Assembly: GCF_009914755.1 (NCBI RefSeq)
Contig: NC_060935.1
DNA: 64,000 bases
From: the human T2T-CHM13v2.0 reference genome, Homo sapiens
Strand: one strand, 5' to 3'
Below, in pieces: positions 1 through 13,096 of this stretch. Under the pieces are notes generated by a model. It was given only the letters and a program-made list of their open reading frames with translations, was not told the origin of the DNA and made no database searches. The number at the start of each line of letters is the position of its first letter. Within the stretch, counting starts at the first letter, position 1. The position numbers and the translations under genes were made by a program.

Positions 1-309
1 TATCACTCCTTAGGAAAAAATAATAGGAAAACATCTTACACTTAACGGTTATAATCTATGGTAGACTGTTACAAGAGACATAAGTAAGATACACAAAGCA
101 TTTTGTTATTTAAAAGAAAAAATTCTAGCTGGCTACACAAATTAGGACTTTGCTGAAGAGGAGGCATTTAGGACAGGTCTCAGAGGATGAGTAGCATTTT
201 AGCAGATATGATTGGAAACACAGACGGATGTGTTTCTGGGTCAGGAGATCCAGAAAGAAGTAGTGAGAAATCAAACTGAAAAAGTCGACTGGGTCCAAAG
301 CATGAAGTG

Positions 310-1800
310 TATTAAATATAAATAGTACTAAATAAATCAGTGGAACAGAATTGAGAAGCCTGAAGCAGATTCACATATGTGGGAACAAATTATATGACAA
401 AAGCAACATTTTAAATATTGTGGGACACGGAGTTTTACTTATTTAATGATGCTGAAATAATCACTTACATTCCCTATGTCACATCAATAAACAAATATAC
501 TCCAGTTGGGTGAGAGATCCAAACATTTTAAAATGATACAAAATGCTACCAAATACTTCAGAAAATACGGACAAACTTAGGTTTATAGATAATTTTCTAA
601 ACACACAAAAAATCGGAAGTCAGGAAGGAAACTATAGACGTGTTTTCTTCTCGCCAAAAATGATTATAAAATTGTATTACAGGCACCATCATAAACTAAC
701 AATACACTGGGGAAGAATAGTTCTATGGCCCTAAAACACAAAGAACTCTAAGAAATTAACACAAATAAGCGAATAAAGCAAGCAAAATAATAAAAAAAAC
801 ATAAGCAAACATTTCACAGAAATGCAAATGCAAATGGCCAATAAAATCATGAAAAGATGTTCAACCTCCTTAGGGTTCAGGAAAATATTAAGCAATAAAA
901 TACCATTTTTTGCCCTATAAATACTAACAAAGCTTCAAGCAGATTGATCAAATGCGATGCTGGCAAAGATATAGGGAAACAGTATCACATATTACCAATA
1001 GGTAGGGAAACTGCTTGTATATTATTGAAAAACAATTTGGCAGTACTTATTAAAATGGAAAATGTGCATGTCCTTTGATCCATCAGTCCTGCTTTTGTGA
1101 ATGACTGCTACAGAAAATAGAATAGTACGTGAAATATGTGCAAGGTTATTTATAGCAGCATTGATTTTTAATGATTAAAAAAAGAAAAATGCCGGGCATG
1201 CTGGCTCATGCCTGTAATCCCAGCACTTTGGGAGGCCTAGGCGGGCAGATCACTTGAAGTCAGGAGTTCGAAAACAGCCTTGCCGACATGATGAAACACC
1301 ATCTCTACTAAAAACGCAAAAATGAGCCGGGCATGGTGGCAGCACACCTGTAATCCCAGCTACTTGGGAAACTGAGGCAGGAGAATTGCTTCCGAGAGGT
1401 GCAGGTTGCAGTGAGCTGAGATCGTGCCACTGCACTCGAGCCTTGGCGAAAGAGCAAGACTCTGTCCCAAAAAATATTAAAAAAAAAAAAAAAAGAAAAA
1501 CCTCCGCTGCTTTCAATGTTTACCTAAAAGGGGGCAGTTGATTAAGCTGGTACATCTATACAATGAAATAATTTGCAACTATTAAGCAGAATAAGTCAGG
1601 CTAATTATTGAATATGATCATTAAATAATAAAATAGCAAATATACAAAATTTATATTTAAAAAATAACAAAACAGAAATATTACATGTGTGAACATATGC
1701 TTCACGGAGATGAAGTGGGAGATTATGTGTAAACTGTATTTGCTATTTGGCCAGAAAATAAGATTTGCAGGGTTGGAGGCAGGACAAGTTTTAATTTACT
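310..1800 (+). mobile_element. Old L1M (L1ME-like) ORF2 3' and 3'UTR relic, split by an Alu
   Basis: Degenerate L1 motifs (cagtggaacagaattgaga, gaaaagatgttcaacctc, tggtacatctatacaatgaaata). Boundaries approximate. Confidence 0.6.
1190..1500 (+). mobile_element. AluS, full length
   Basis: gccgggcatgctggctcatgcctgtaatcccagcactttgggagg, dimeric structure, A tail, A-rich TSD (aaaaaaagaaaaa). Confidence 0.95.
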
Positions 1801-1854
1801 TAATTCCTAACCCTTTGGTTTGACTCATTGCAATAAGCACATATATGTTAGTAA

Positions 1855-2202
<348 letters not shown>

Positions 2203-2474
2203 TAACAATGTTTTTAAAAATAAATCATAATTGGTTACAACTTATATTGTCTTTTAATTGCTTTCCTGAAATATGAAAGAAAAGGAAATTCTTTTTATAA
2301 TCTACTTCCCAGACAACCCACGTGGAAAGTGAAATATATCAACCAGCACATGGTCCTTAATTGTGATTACATTTTATTGCACTCAGCCTATTAAGTGCTT
2401 AAATTACCAGATAACAGAATCTATGTTCCTAACAGTGGAGAGTGTATTAACAGTATTTTTGTTCCCTATCGTAG

Positions 2475-2656
2475 CCCCGTTCCAACAATCACATGGATGA
2501 AGGTTAATGGTTATATTCCTAGTAAGGCACGTCTGCGGAAATCTCAGGCGGTGCTGGAAATACCGAATGTACAGCTGGATGATGCAGGCATTTATGAGTG
2601 CAGAGCTGAAAACTCACGTGGAAAAAATTCCTTTCGTGGACAATTACAAGTATACA
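2475..2656 (+). CDS. CNTN5: Contactin-5 internal coding exon (182 nt, phase 2 to 1), C-terminal half of an Ig-C2 domain (probably Ig3)
   Basis: Acceptor ttttgttccctatcgtAG and donor ACA|GTAAGT. Translates as [60 protein letters not shown], with the Ig core Trp and DxGxYxC motif; recognised as contactin-5. Confidence 0.96.
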
Positions 2657-2987
2657 GTAAGTGTTTTCAGCAAAGCATGATTGCTCTAGTCCCAAAAGTC
2701 AAACTGAAAGTGGAAATTAACTTTAACTAAATATTGTTTGTTAGGTACATAAAAACCAAGTAATAATTTATAATCATACTTCATTCGTATGGTAAGGCAT
2801 CATGTCAAATTACCCTATACATAGAAATGATTTAAATTATAAATGAATGGGGAATTATCGGTGTCTTTGTACAGCATACAGAACTTACGTCCTTAAAAAT
2901 GAGCTATTTCCCTGGCACCAGCACTATACTCTGACAAGTTAAAAATCTTGGAAAACTTATTAACTTATTCTACAACTTGGCCAGAAT

Positions 2988-3201
2988 CAGAGGTTCCAAT
3001 CTAGTGTCCATCAACGAGATCCTGCCCAGGTGCCATTTTTTGTAAATGATGTTGGAACAAAGTCACACCCACTTGTTTACATATCACCTGTCAGTTTTTG
3101 CCTGGCAATGGCAGAATTAAATAGAGACAGAGACCAGCTGACTTGCAAAGACTGAAATATTTGCTTTTGAGCATTTTTCAGAATAAGTTTGCTGACCTGT
3201 G
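2988..3201 (+). mobile_element. MER58A-like hAT-Charlie DNA transposon
   Basis: Colinear with the MER58A consensus (ttttgtaaat...ttggaaca...gtttacatat...aagtttgctgacctgtg); degenerate 8-bp TSD gccagaat/gcctaaat. Confidence 0.75.
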
Positions 3202-4901
3202 GCCTAAATTAATACATCTGTATGATAAATAGCCCCTACAGCCTGCAAGTGTTTATATTGTCCAAAAATGCCAGTCAACCAGGTTGTGTCTAAGAATTAG
3301 GAAAATCTCGTTCAAAAGTTTTTACAATCTCATCTTTACTTCTAAAGTTCAAAGTTGTTTGTACTTTTCATATTTGATTTACAGTATATATATAATGGGT
3401 AAGTTAGGGTATTCTCATTTTCTAGGTGAGGACACTAAAAAGAGAAGCAATAGGCTAGAGCATTGAAATAAGCAAATATAGATGCTTTGAATATATAGTT
3501 ATCCAAATTTCATATTGGCTGTTTCCTCCAGGAAACCATGACTGTCCCTGTATCTCAAGATCAGTTCCAAAAGCTTAATGCCCTTTACAGGAACTCCTAA
3601 AGAGTATTTTGAAATATTAATAACTGAATTCAACCAGTCTTTCTTCATCTTTAACAACTCCTTTAGGAATTTAGCATTCTAACCAAATTGATTATGCATT
3701 GCACATTTTATCCATTCATTCATTGATACAGTTAATGTTTGTTAAGTGCCTCATACTGCTCTACATGCCAGCAATAGAGCCTTGAAGTAACTCATGATCC
3801 ACTGGACTAGAGGAAAAGCAAACTCCACATTAGAGTGGAGCATTCTGTGTGCAGTGATAAAGGCATGTGAAGAGGACTGTGGGAATGCAGAGTCTACTGC
3901 ATTCTACTCAGAGGAGTCAGGAAAAGCTTTAGAGAGGATTGGTAACTTAAGAGCTAAACAGGGGAGAGCATCTGGAAGAAAAGGACATAGACATTTAAAT
4001 GTTTCTAAGATTGAAATATTAGTAGTGGTTTGATTGTTTTTAGGCCATGAATATTTGGATGAAATCCACAAAGTTTATAACTGTTCATAATTCATAAAAC
4101 AAATCATTAAGACAACGCTCTCTAGCCATAGGGAAAAGTTTTTTTCTGTACCCCAGTGGAGCAAAGATTAATGTTAAAATACACGTTCATTTTATTCTCA
4201 CACCAACAGTTTGAAGTATTACCATCCCTCTGTACAGATAAAAATCTGATACTGAAAGACAAGTGTTGAACCGGAACTTTACTACTGAAAATCACAAATA
4301 ATGTAAAGCATGCCTGTTACTCTGAAGGCTGTCAGAGGAAAGTACGAATTCTCTGTGTTCGAAGAATGGCCCACACCTAAATAGAATTAGATTGTATGTT
4401 CTAGGGACTGAGGCTCCTACATAGCATGACTCTACTTACTCCTCCCTTAACCCCAGCTACTTAATTCATAGGTAATGATGACTGTTTCCAGAAATGTAAA
4501 AAAAAAAATTGCTTTCACTCCTTATTACTGGTGTACATTCTAGTGAGAAAGTGCTACTTAAACAATCTGGGGTGTCGTTGTCATGCACTGTAGGCCATCT
4601 GGGTAAAGACAAACCTACCCAAAGCGTGCATCACTTTGAATAGAAAAAAAAAAAAATCTAGATTGTTCCTTAGAAAGAGAAACTGGGCTGGCTGGCTACT
4701 TGGCATATATTTGTGACAGGTGTGGAATATATCTTGAAAGCATGTGAACTCTTTCTTCAGCCCATGTTTAGGGTAGCTTTCTACCAGGCTCCATCAGGAG
4801 GCCATACACCTTGCTTTGCCCTAGAAAATCCCACTTTACATCTGCTGCCCTATGACAATTATGAAGAGTGTCCTATTTCACTTCTAAAAGTATCTTGGTA
4901 A

Positions 4902-5163
4902 CTAGGTGTAGTGGCTCAGACCTGAAAATTCCAACACTTTGGGAGGCCATAGCAGCTGAACCTGTCTCTAAAAAAAAAAAAAAAAAAAAAATACAAAAAA
5001 TTATCTGAGCATGGCGTTGCACTCCTGTGGTCCCAAATACTCAGAAGCCTGAGGTGGGAGAATCACCTGAACCCAGAAAGTCAACGCTGCGGTGAACCAT
5101 TATAGTGCCTCTGTATTCCAGCCTGGGTTAGACCCTGTCTTAAAAAATATTACAAATAAAAAA
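4902..5163 (+). mobile_element. AluJ with a left-arm internal deletion and expanded middle A tract
   Basis: Left arm jumps from gggaggcc to cctgtctcta; TSD taaaagtatcttggtaa/taaaagtatgtcggtta. Confidence 0.85.
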
Positions 5164-6724
5164 TAAAAGTATGTCGGTTATCATGTATTCATCCAACTTT
5201 TGTACTTTTAAAACTGTCATGTTAGACATGAGGGCTTTCCTCCCCATCAAACTCTGTAAAGTGTAGATAGGATTCAGTCATTTCCACCTGACTGGCAGTA
5301 GATATGGATAGCATGATGAATGGATGTTTCACTGTCTCATGGTTTATATTTAGAATATTCTCTCAATAGAATGAATTACTGTAGGAAGCTCTGTAATTGG
5401 GATTCTATCTGTTAGAAGTACAGACTACCCATTTTATCCAAACAGTCAATATTCATGTAGTACTGAAAACAATGGTAGCACATTGTTTTTGAAAGTACAA
5501 TTGCAAGAATACTTATGCTTAGCTATTAGTTTCAAAAAATGAACCAGGGATCTAAGGCAGCATTTCTAGTCCCTTTTCTTGGTCAAAGCATTATAAAAGT
5601 GCTATATAGACAGTACACATAAGTTTAAGCTGCAGATTTTACTGTTTTTAATTCAGTATCTACATTGTAAACATAAAACAACAAATGATACAACATCAAG
5701 AAGTCCATGGTAGTTAAATTAAAGTTAAGATACACTTACATGTCTAATATAACATAAATAGGTCTTAAAAGTAATACTCATAAAAAAGAAATAAAACTTG
5801 GAAAAATTAAAATACTAAGTTTTGGAAATAATTTGAACCTTAGCATAAACTGCATAAATATTCTATTTGGTATGCCTTTCTTGATAATAGGATTTTCATG
5901 GGTTAAGTCATTTCTTTGGCTATTTCTGTCCCCTCTAGTTTCTGACGATTGATGAAAAAGACCTGGTTTTAACTCATCATATAAAATTTTGTTTCTATAG
6001 TTCTAATGCAAGTTGAACTCTTGCTTGGTAAAGTTCTCAATTAAAAGGAAAAGAAATAAATGACAAAATGACAAAAGAAATGCAGAACAAAGTAAGGAGA
6101 AAAGGGGTAACTGAAGGGGGAAAGATGGAGGCAGGAAGGACAAACATCATTTAAGCAGTTTTATAAGGAGTTCTCAAAATGGGAAATATTTTATGTACAC
6201 AAAAATCTCATTATATAAAGATGTGTGATCTGTGAGTTTAAATGTGTATCATGTGCCTCACCAACTAGTAACTTGTCACTCTATAAAGACGGTCACTATG
6301 ACCTCTAGACAGTTTATATTTACTATTTCAACTAGAATTGTATCAGTATTAAAATATTCCTTTATCCAGAACGCTTAAAAGTTAGTTGTACTGTACTAAA
6401 TATCCAGTAAAGGAATACAGTTTCATTTTCAGTGTAGAGTGGTATTATAGATTTCCTTATCTTCATAAAACCTCTGGACAGTATCCTCACAAATGTTAAT
6501 CGCTTCTATCGTCTGCAATTTGATTGTAAGCTCTTTCAAAATAGTCTACTTTTTTTTTCATCCAGCCCTGTGAATTCTGTTCAGCACACAGTGGATAATT
6601 TTTATTATGATTCTATACTGTTATAAAGATGAATGCTTAGGTATGCACATCATTTTATAATGTCCACTATGAAAAATAGATGAGAGTCAGGAAAGACTAA
6701 GGAACTAATGAAGGGAACTAATAA

Positions 6725-6930
6725 TCACCAAGAGCTTACCTTCTAGACATTACTGCGAGGTGCTTTACATACATTAACTCACAATAACCCTTAGGTCTTA
6801 AGATTCCCATTTGACAGACAAGAAACTAGACCTCAAAATATTAAGGAACTTATTACCCCAGGACCCATTAATAACAAATAGTAGAACCAGAATCCAACTG
6901 AAACTGGCAGTGACACCAGAATTCAAATCC
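6725..6930 (-). mobile_element. MIR
   Basis: gtgctttacatacatt...cccatttgacagacaagaaact, the reverse MIR core. Confidence 0.6.
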
Positions 6931-8553
6931 TACCTCCACCCCCAAGGATAGCATGCTACTTCTCAGTGAGACACTGAGAACCTGAACTAAGGCATGAGAT
7001 GAGAATGGCATCGAGAGCAGATAATTTCTACTTTCTATATACTATAGTTAACATTTTATTAATGTTACAGAAAACTGTATGATATATTAAAATCCTTGCC
7101 ATTAGTTTTTGTTCTTTTTTCTTTTCTTCAAAATACTGTTTATGTACGTTAGGTCTGATCTTTAAAGATGTTTTAGCTGTTAAAGTATATTAAATATTTA
7201 CTCTAGGAAATGATATAAAATTGTTGATTCCTGGTTAATAATTTCATACCTAAAGACAGTTTTCAATCCTGTTTTATGGAGAAAAAATTCTTGCCTTGAA
7301 TTCTACTGTTATTATGAAAGTGATGCCATATGTATATTCACAGTTGCTAGAAAACACATGGGCAATGGATTGGGGGGAAAGTAACCAATATATATTATCT
7401 TCTATCATCATGGTAGCTCATTGAAATAGGAATTACTATCTACAGCTTACAGCTGAGACTCATTACAGTTAAATAACTCATTCTCAGCGACATAATAGAG
7501 CAAGGGCATGGTAGCACTAGAATTTGAACCCATATTCATCCCCAACTGTATAATCTCTCCAATATAACACATTACCTCTCATTGGCCTACAGCTGAGAGT
7601 CATAATACTGAAAGTGATCTATGCGGATAAAATATGTTGACTCCTCAATACATAAGAGTACAGAAGCAACAAAAGAGGCCAATAACACTTAGCATTTATC
7701 AGTAGAGAGTTACAGAATTTCTAATGACAAGAGATAATAAGCAAGAGTTTTCTTTATGCACATCTGCTTAGCATTTTATAAAATGTAACCCAGAGACTGA
7801 TCTGAAGCTGAAATGTATTACATAAGTACGGTGCATCTGGTGAGGCTTTAACAGCTCCTGGGTTTAAAGTGCCATATGTCTCTTCAGTTTTCCACATCCT
7901 AAAATAGGTGGCTTGACAAAAGCTAGATTTTAAAAAGTTATTAGGTTTGTTTTAAATGTGGCCCAACCTGTGATTTTTCTTTCCCAGACAGATGAAAGAC
8001 TTTCCATAATGCAGACCACGTCTTGGCATCTGCTCACCCCATGTTATTATTCAGAAGCCAAAGCCAATGCCCTTTAGTTACTTGCAGTCCTCTGCCAAAA
8101 AAAAAAAAAAAGTTTAAATGTAACCTTTTATGTTTCTGATTTTATGTTACCAGTAATTTTGTTGTTTTTGTAAGAATCTTGCAAGTACTGTACTGTCTTT
8201 TTCAGATTACAGCCTAAGACAAATTATTTCAGGCCTTAATTCAGTTTTTAATGTTTTATTTTAAAAATTTTACCACTGCCCTTTCACATAATGTTTTTTG
8301 CCTCGGACCATATAGTATAGACCTAGTGGTTTATAAAATATCTTGCAATGTAAACAAGAAATCTGTTGTAGAAGTCAAGCTGATCTAGTATTGAACATAA
8401 CCTACATTTTCCATGTATTTTGTGAAGGATAGCCATTCATAAATTCCCATAGCCTTAATGTTAATTAATGTTTATTCAATTATGACATTAAATTTATTTT
8501 TCTAATGTAGAGCTTAACTTCATTGTAACACAATCTACAACCCAAATTCCACT

Positions 8554-8625
8554 TGTGTGTGTGTCTGTGTGCATGTTTGTGTGTGTATGTTTATGCGTTT
8601 GTGTGCTTGTGTATGTATTTGTTTG
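8554..8625. repeat. Imperfect (TG)n tract
   Basis: tgtgtgtgtgtctgtgtgcatgtttgtgtgtgtatg... Confidence 0.8.
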
Positions 8626-10139
8626 GACTTGCTTGAAAGCTTTTATATCAAGTCAATTAACAAGCAGGCTATATATACTAACTGCATATGGCATCTTAAG
8701 CAGCCAAGTGACATCACCAAGTTATGCCATTTCAGGATTTTTTTTTTTTTTTGCTATTATGCAACATAGAGATAAAGCTACAGAAGTATAGCTCTTACAC
8801 ATAACAACATAGTTTGGTACAAAAGATTCACACACAAGGTACAGCGTTCAAAGCAACAAAATATGAAATGACATCTGTCTTTTATCTGCCAATAATTGAC
8901 ATACTGATAGCATTTTTTCAATTTTGAGGGCAGTGTAACAGGCCACTTTTACTTGTAGAATTCTTGGTAGAATGAATTTGAATAACATTTTAATGGCCTT
9001 TCACCCACTAGAGTTTGAGCTTACAGCAAACAGATATGATAGCACATTTATGTTCGTATCTTCAGAGTAAGCATTTTACCTATAATGGTATCCAAAAAAA
9101 AAATCTAAAGAAAGGAAGGAAAAAATTAATTCATATTTGTATTAATGTCATTAATCATATGTTTGATTCCTATGAAAAATTTGTTTTGGAATCAGGACTC
9201 TAAATTTTTTCTTCCAATTTCTAATGGATTGTTTTCTCAGATGTCAAATCTGTTTTTATTTAAATATTTTAACTGTTCTTTCTTTCCTAGCTCTTCATTT
9301 CTGTAACTTTTAAAAATCTCTTTTGAAGTTATTTTAAAGGCTACAGTCATGGTACATTTAGAGATAGATCAATAAGTCTAACAAATACAATCAGTTATTA
9401 TAGGTAGGACACTGTTTCGCCTAACATTAAGTTTAGAATCATCTCTACTCTTAATGATCTCACTGTCTAGCTGAGTGTCAAATTCTAACCAACTAAAATA
9501 TTAAATAACAATTTAAGTCAGCAACAGAAGAGAGGTAACAAGCTACGACATGAATATTTTCCAAACGAATAAGAACTACAGGTGTCCAGAGGAGGTGCAC
9601 ATGACTCTTCTTTGAGGCTGTGATTAATACCTCTTACTTAATTTAGAATAAACACTGAATCGTGAGTAGAATTAAAAGAGACAGAATAGAAGTAGAACAC
9701 TCTATGTAGAGTGAACAGTTTAAATAAAATACAGTGTGTGCTTGGGAGATAACACACCAGTTTATCTGGCTTACAGGAGTCATGCATAGTGTAAAGTATC
9801 CTGGCAGATTAGTAAAGTTTACAGAAAAGCCAGATGTAAAAGTAGAGTTTAATATTGTTTGTGTATCTCATCACTCCTATCAGCATTTTAGCATATATGA
9901 CACATAACTACAAAGAGATGATTTCCGAAGGCAGGTACAAAAATCATGATGAATATTTGAAACTCACTATGGTAAAGATTTTTGAATGATAGCTTGCAGG
10001 CTTAGAAGCTGAATCACAGAATGTATTCCAAGGTCTACAAATCCTGACTATGCTATGCCAAAGTGGGGCTTCTAAAGTCTAGACTATATTGGCCAGAAGA
10101 CCAGTAAGCTAATAAAAGCAAAATTCCCTCTTAGAAACA

Positions 10140-10312
10140 AGTAACTAACTTTGTGACCTTGGGTAAATTTCTTTAACCTCTTTGAGTCAAAATCTGATTC
10201 ATAAAATAGGACATGTTTGTTTGAAGGATGAATGTTACAGGGATTAATTGAGAATTTGGCTCGGTGTCTAGGACATGGTAATGACTAGCACTAGCATTTA
10301 ATAAATGTGAGT
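10140..10312 (+). mobile_element. MIR (diverged)
   Basis: tgtgaccttgggtaaatttctttaacctctttgagtc core and aataaatgt tail. Confidence 0.6.
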
Positions 10313-10407
10313 TCTTTCTTGCTCTTTCTCCTCCCTGCTAAACTGGCTTTGGTTTCGGACATCTGCTACTCCGTTATACCCACTATTCTGACATGCATGT
10401 GTAGTTT

Positions 10408-10716
10408 TCTTTATTTTTTATTTTTCTTTTTTGAGACAGGTTCTCACTCTGTCACCCAAAGTGGAATGCAATAGCATGATCACGGCTCAGTGCAGCTTCA
10501 ACCTCCCATGATCAAACAGTCCTCCTGCCTCAACCTTCCAAGTGGCTGGACCGATAGGCATGTGCCACCACACCTGAATAATTTTTTTTTTTTTATTTTT
10601 AGTAGAGACAAGGTCTCACCATGTTGCCCGAGCTGGGAACTCCCAGGCTAAAGTAATCCCTCTGCCTTGGCCTCTCAAATTCCTGATATGACAAGCATGA
10701 GCACCGTCCCAGGTCC
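10408..10716 (-). mobile_element. AluJ
   Basis: Diverged reverse Alu (gagacaggttctcactctgtcaccc...). Confidence 0.9.
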
Positions 10717-11685
10717 AACGTGCAGTTGTTTAATACATCTTTTTTCACATGCTCTCCTCTTCCTTGGCAGTGACATTAGACCACCTCTACCGCAGCAAAA
10801 ACTCTTTTAGAGCCGCTCTGTTTCTGTATTCTTAATAGCCTCTAAGATCGAACAAGAACTATGTAGCATATATGAAACAACATATAAATGAATGAATGAT
10901 CAAAGCCCTCAGTAGCACATATAAATATTTTACAGTTTTTGCCAAAAATGTTGTTAGAAATAATAAATTCAGTGCAATATTTTTATACGTATTTCTTTGA
11001 CTGTTTTAAACAGAATATTTGTAAAGAAAGAGTCAGCTTTATTCAACATTTTTCCTTAAAAATTGGCCAATAGTGGAAATGAACTTTAACTTGTATCTTA
11101 AGATTTCATATAATTACAACAGTATCTCATTCTTAATAAAATAAATTTTCCTCTGTAACAATTTTGCACAAATAAAAAAATTATATTGCAAGAATGTAAA
11201 TTAAGAAAAATTTTACAGTGAAATCTGGATTCACAAATCATTTTTCCAAAGTCATTCAGGTGTTATATATATACACAGAGAGATAGAAACAAGTTGAGTA
11301 GATACACTGTATATTTCTACCCGTGCTAATGCTGCCCCACTACATTGAAAGAGCAATTGACTCTAGTACCTGACTTCCTATTAAACTGGTTCAGGTGCCT
11401 TGGGGATAACTAAACCACTTAAAGTCCAAAAAAAAAAAAAAAAGAAGAAGAAGATTTTGCATAGTTAAAATAGCATTTTATATTATCAAAATATCTTCAC
11501 TGCTATTTTTTGGGGTTACAGGAAATAGAATTTTGTGTGTAACGCAATGCTGTGCTTCTTCAAAATACCTATGGTTGAATGAATTGCTTTTAAAAAAATA
11601 CGTTGAATTTTTCCATGTAAATTTTAAACTTGGTAAAGCGTTTGAGAAATGAAATCATCCTTGTTTACTGCTTACATACTTACAG

Positions 11686-11822
11686 CCTACCCACACTGGG
11701 TAGAAAAACTGAATGATACTCAGTTAGACAGTGGGAGCCCTCTCCGATGGGAATGTAAGGCTACTGGAAAACCCAGACCCACGTATCGTTGGCTGAAGAA
11801 TGGAGTACCCCTCTCACCTCAG
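11686..11822 (+). CDS. CNTN5: Contactin-5 internal coding exon (137 nt, phase 1 to 0), N-terminal half of the next Ig domain (probably Ig4)
   Basis: Acceptor cttacatacttacAG, donor CAG|GTACTG. A|CC gives Thr, then [45 protein letters not shown]; in frame with the previous exon; NDT sequon. Confidence 0.96.
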
Positions 11823-12966
11823 GTACTGTTGGGAGTTATTAACCTGTTCTGTTGTAATTTTAGCGAGATTTCACACAGGACAAACTAGGCTTCTTTAGTC
11901 TTATTGAAAGCCTTTTCCTGTTTCTGATTCGTATAATAGGACATGTTTGTGTTAAGGATGAATGTTACGGGGATTAACTGAGAATTTAACTCAATGTCTG
12001 GGATATAGTAGTCATATATTTTAATATATTTTGAGTGAGAAACATAACAAATATGTAAGCATTTTAAAATTTTAATTACCTCATTACATTTTTTGGTAAT
12101 ACAGTGTTTCTTTAAACTGTTTTCAATCCTATAAATTTTTATGAAACTATCAATATTATCATAGATTTATTTCCATTTGTAGCTAACCTTTAGATATCAC
12201 CTAAAATTGCTCGGTATCTTCGTTGATAGACAAAGCACTGCCAACTAAGAGTTTTTTTTTTAATGATTTGCTTGGCATTAAGTAGACAAGACATTTGGAG
12301 GTTTAACAACATTTAAAATTTAAATTTGTTTTTGAAATATGCTCTTGACTTGAGGTTACCTTAATTTGCACATGCTCAATTTTTTGTTTTTTATACTATC
12401 TTATGATACTGAAGTATATTGTCTGACCAATAATTTTATCTAGAATCGAGTCACAAGGCAGTTTTCTATCTGTGTTAGTTTTTTGGGAAGTGAGTGAAAA
12501 TGGCAAACTCCTGATTGGATCCATATAGTAAAGGGATTGTTCTTATGACCTGGGCTATTTTTAACCTTGATCTCATGTGTCTACAACCTCAGTCTTTTCT
12601 ACTATATGAATCCTTCTTTCCCTTTGTAAACGGAATGCAAATAAAAGCATCACCTGCTGATTATATTTCACAAGCTCAACTAGTGTACCAAAAAAGACAC
12701 CTCACTTTAAAAACCAAACTGAAAGTAAAACTTGTCAGAATAACTACAAAAAAATTGTAATTTCTTTTTCAACCAATAAATAACTATAATTTACAAGTGG
12801 CATGTTATAATAAAATAATGAACAGTACATTTACATTGCTAAGTGGCCAAATAATGTTTAACTGTATTAATTGCAAACTTGTTTTTTCTTAGTCTAGGAG
12901 AGAATACCCATAAAATCCATGTTATTTGTTTACTTTCTAGATCTAATTTTTTTAATTCCATTACAG

Positions 12967-13096
12967 AGTAGGGTTGAGATGGTTAATGGAGTATTGATGA
13001 TCCACAATGTGAATCAATCAGATGCTGGAATGTATCAGTGTTTGGCTGAAAATAAGTATGGAGCCATTTACGCTAGTGCTGAGCTGAAGATTCTAG
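12967..13096 (+). CDS. CNTN5: Contactin-5 internal coding exon (130 nt, phase 0 to 1), C-terminal half of the same Ig domain
   Basis: Acceptor ttccattacAG, donor TAG|[49 protein letters not shown]; DAGMYQC Ig motif; NQS sequon. Confidence 0.96.

Noticed and set aside
2395-2730. 111-aa ORF as a standalone gene
   Set aside because: It is the CNTN5 exon plus open intronic flanks; splice sites delimit the Ig-like part.
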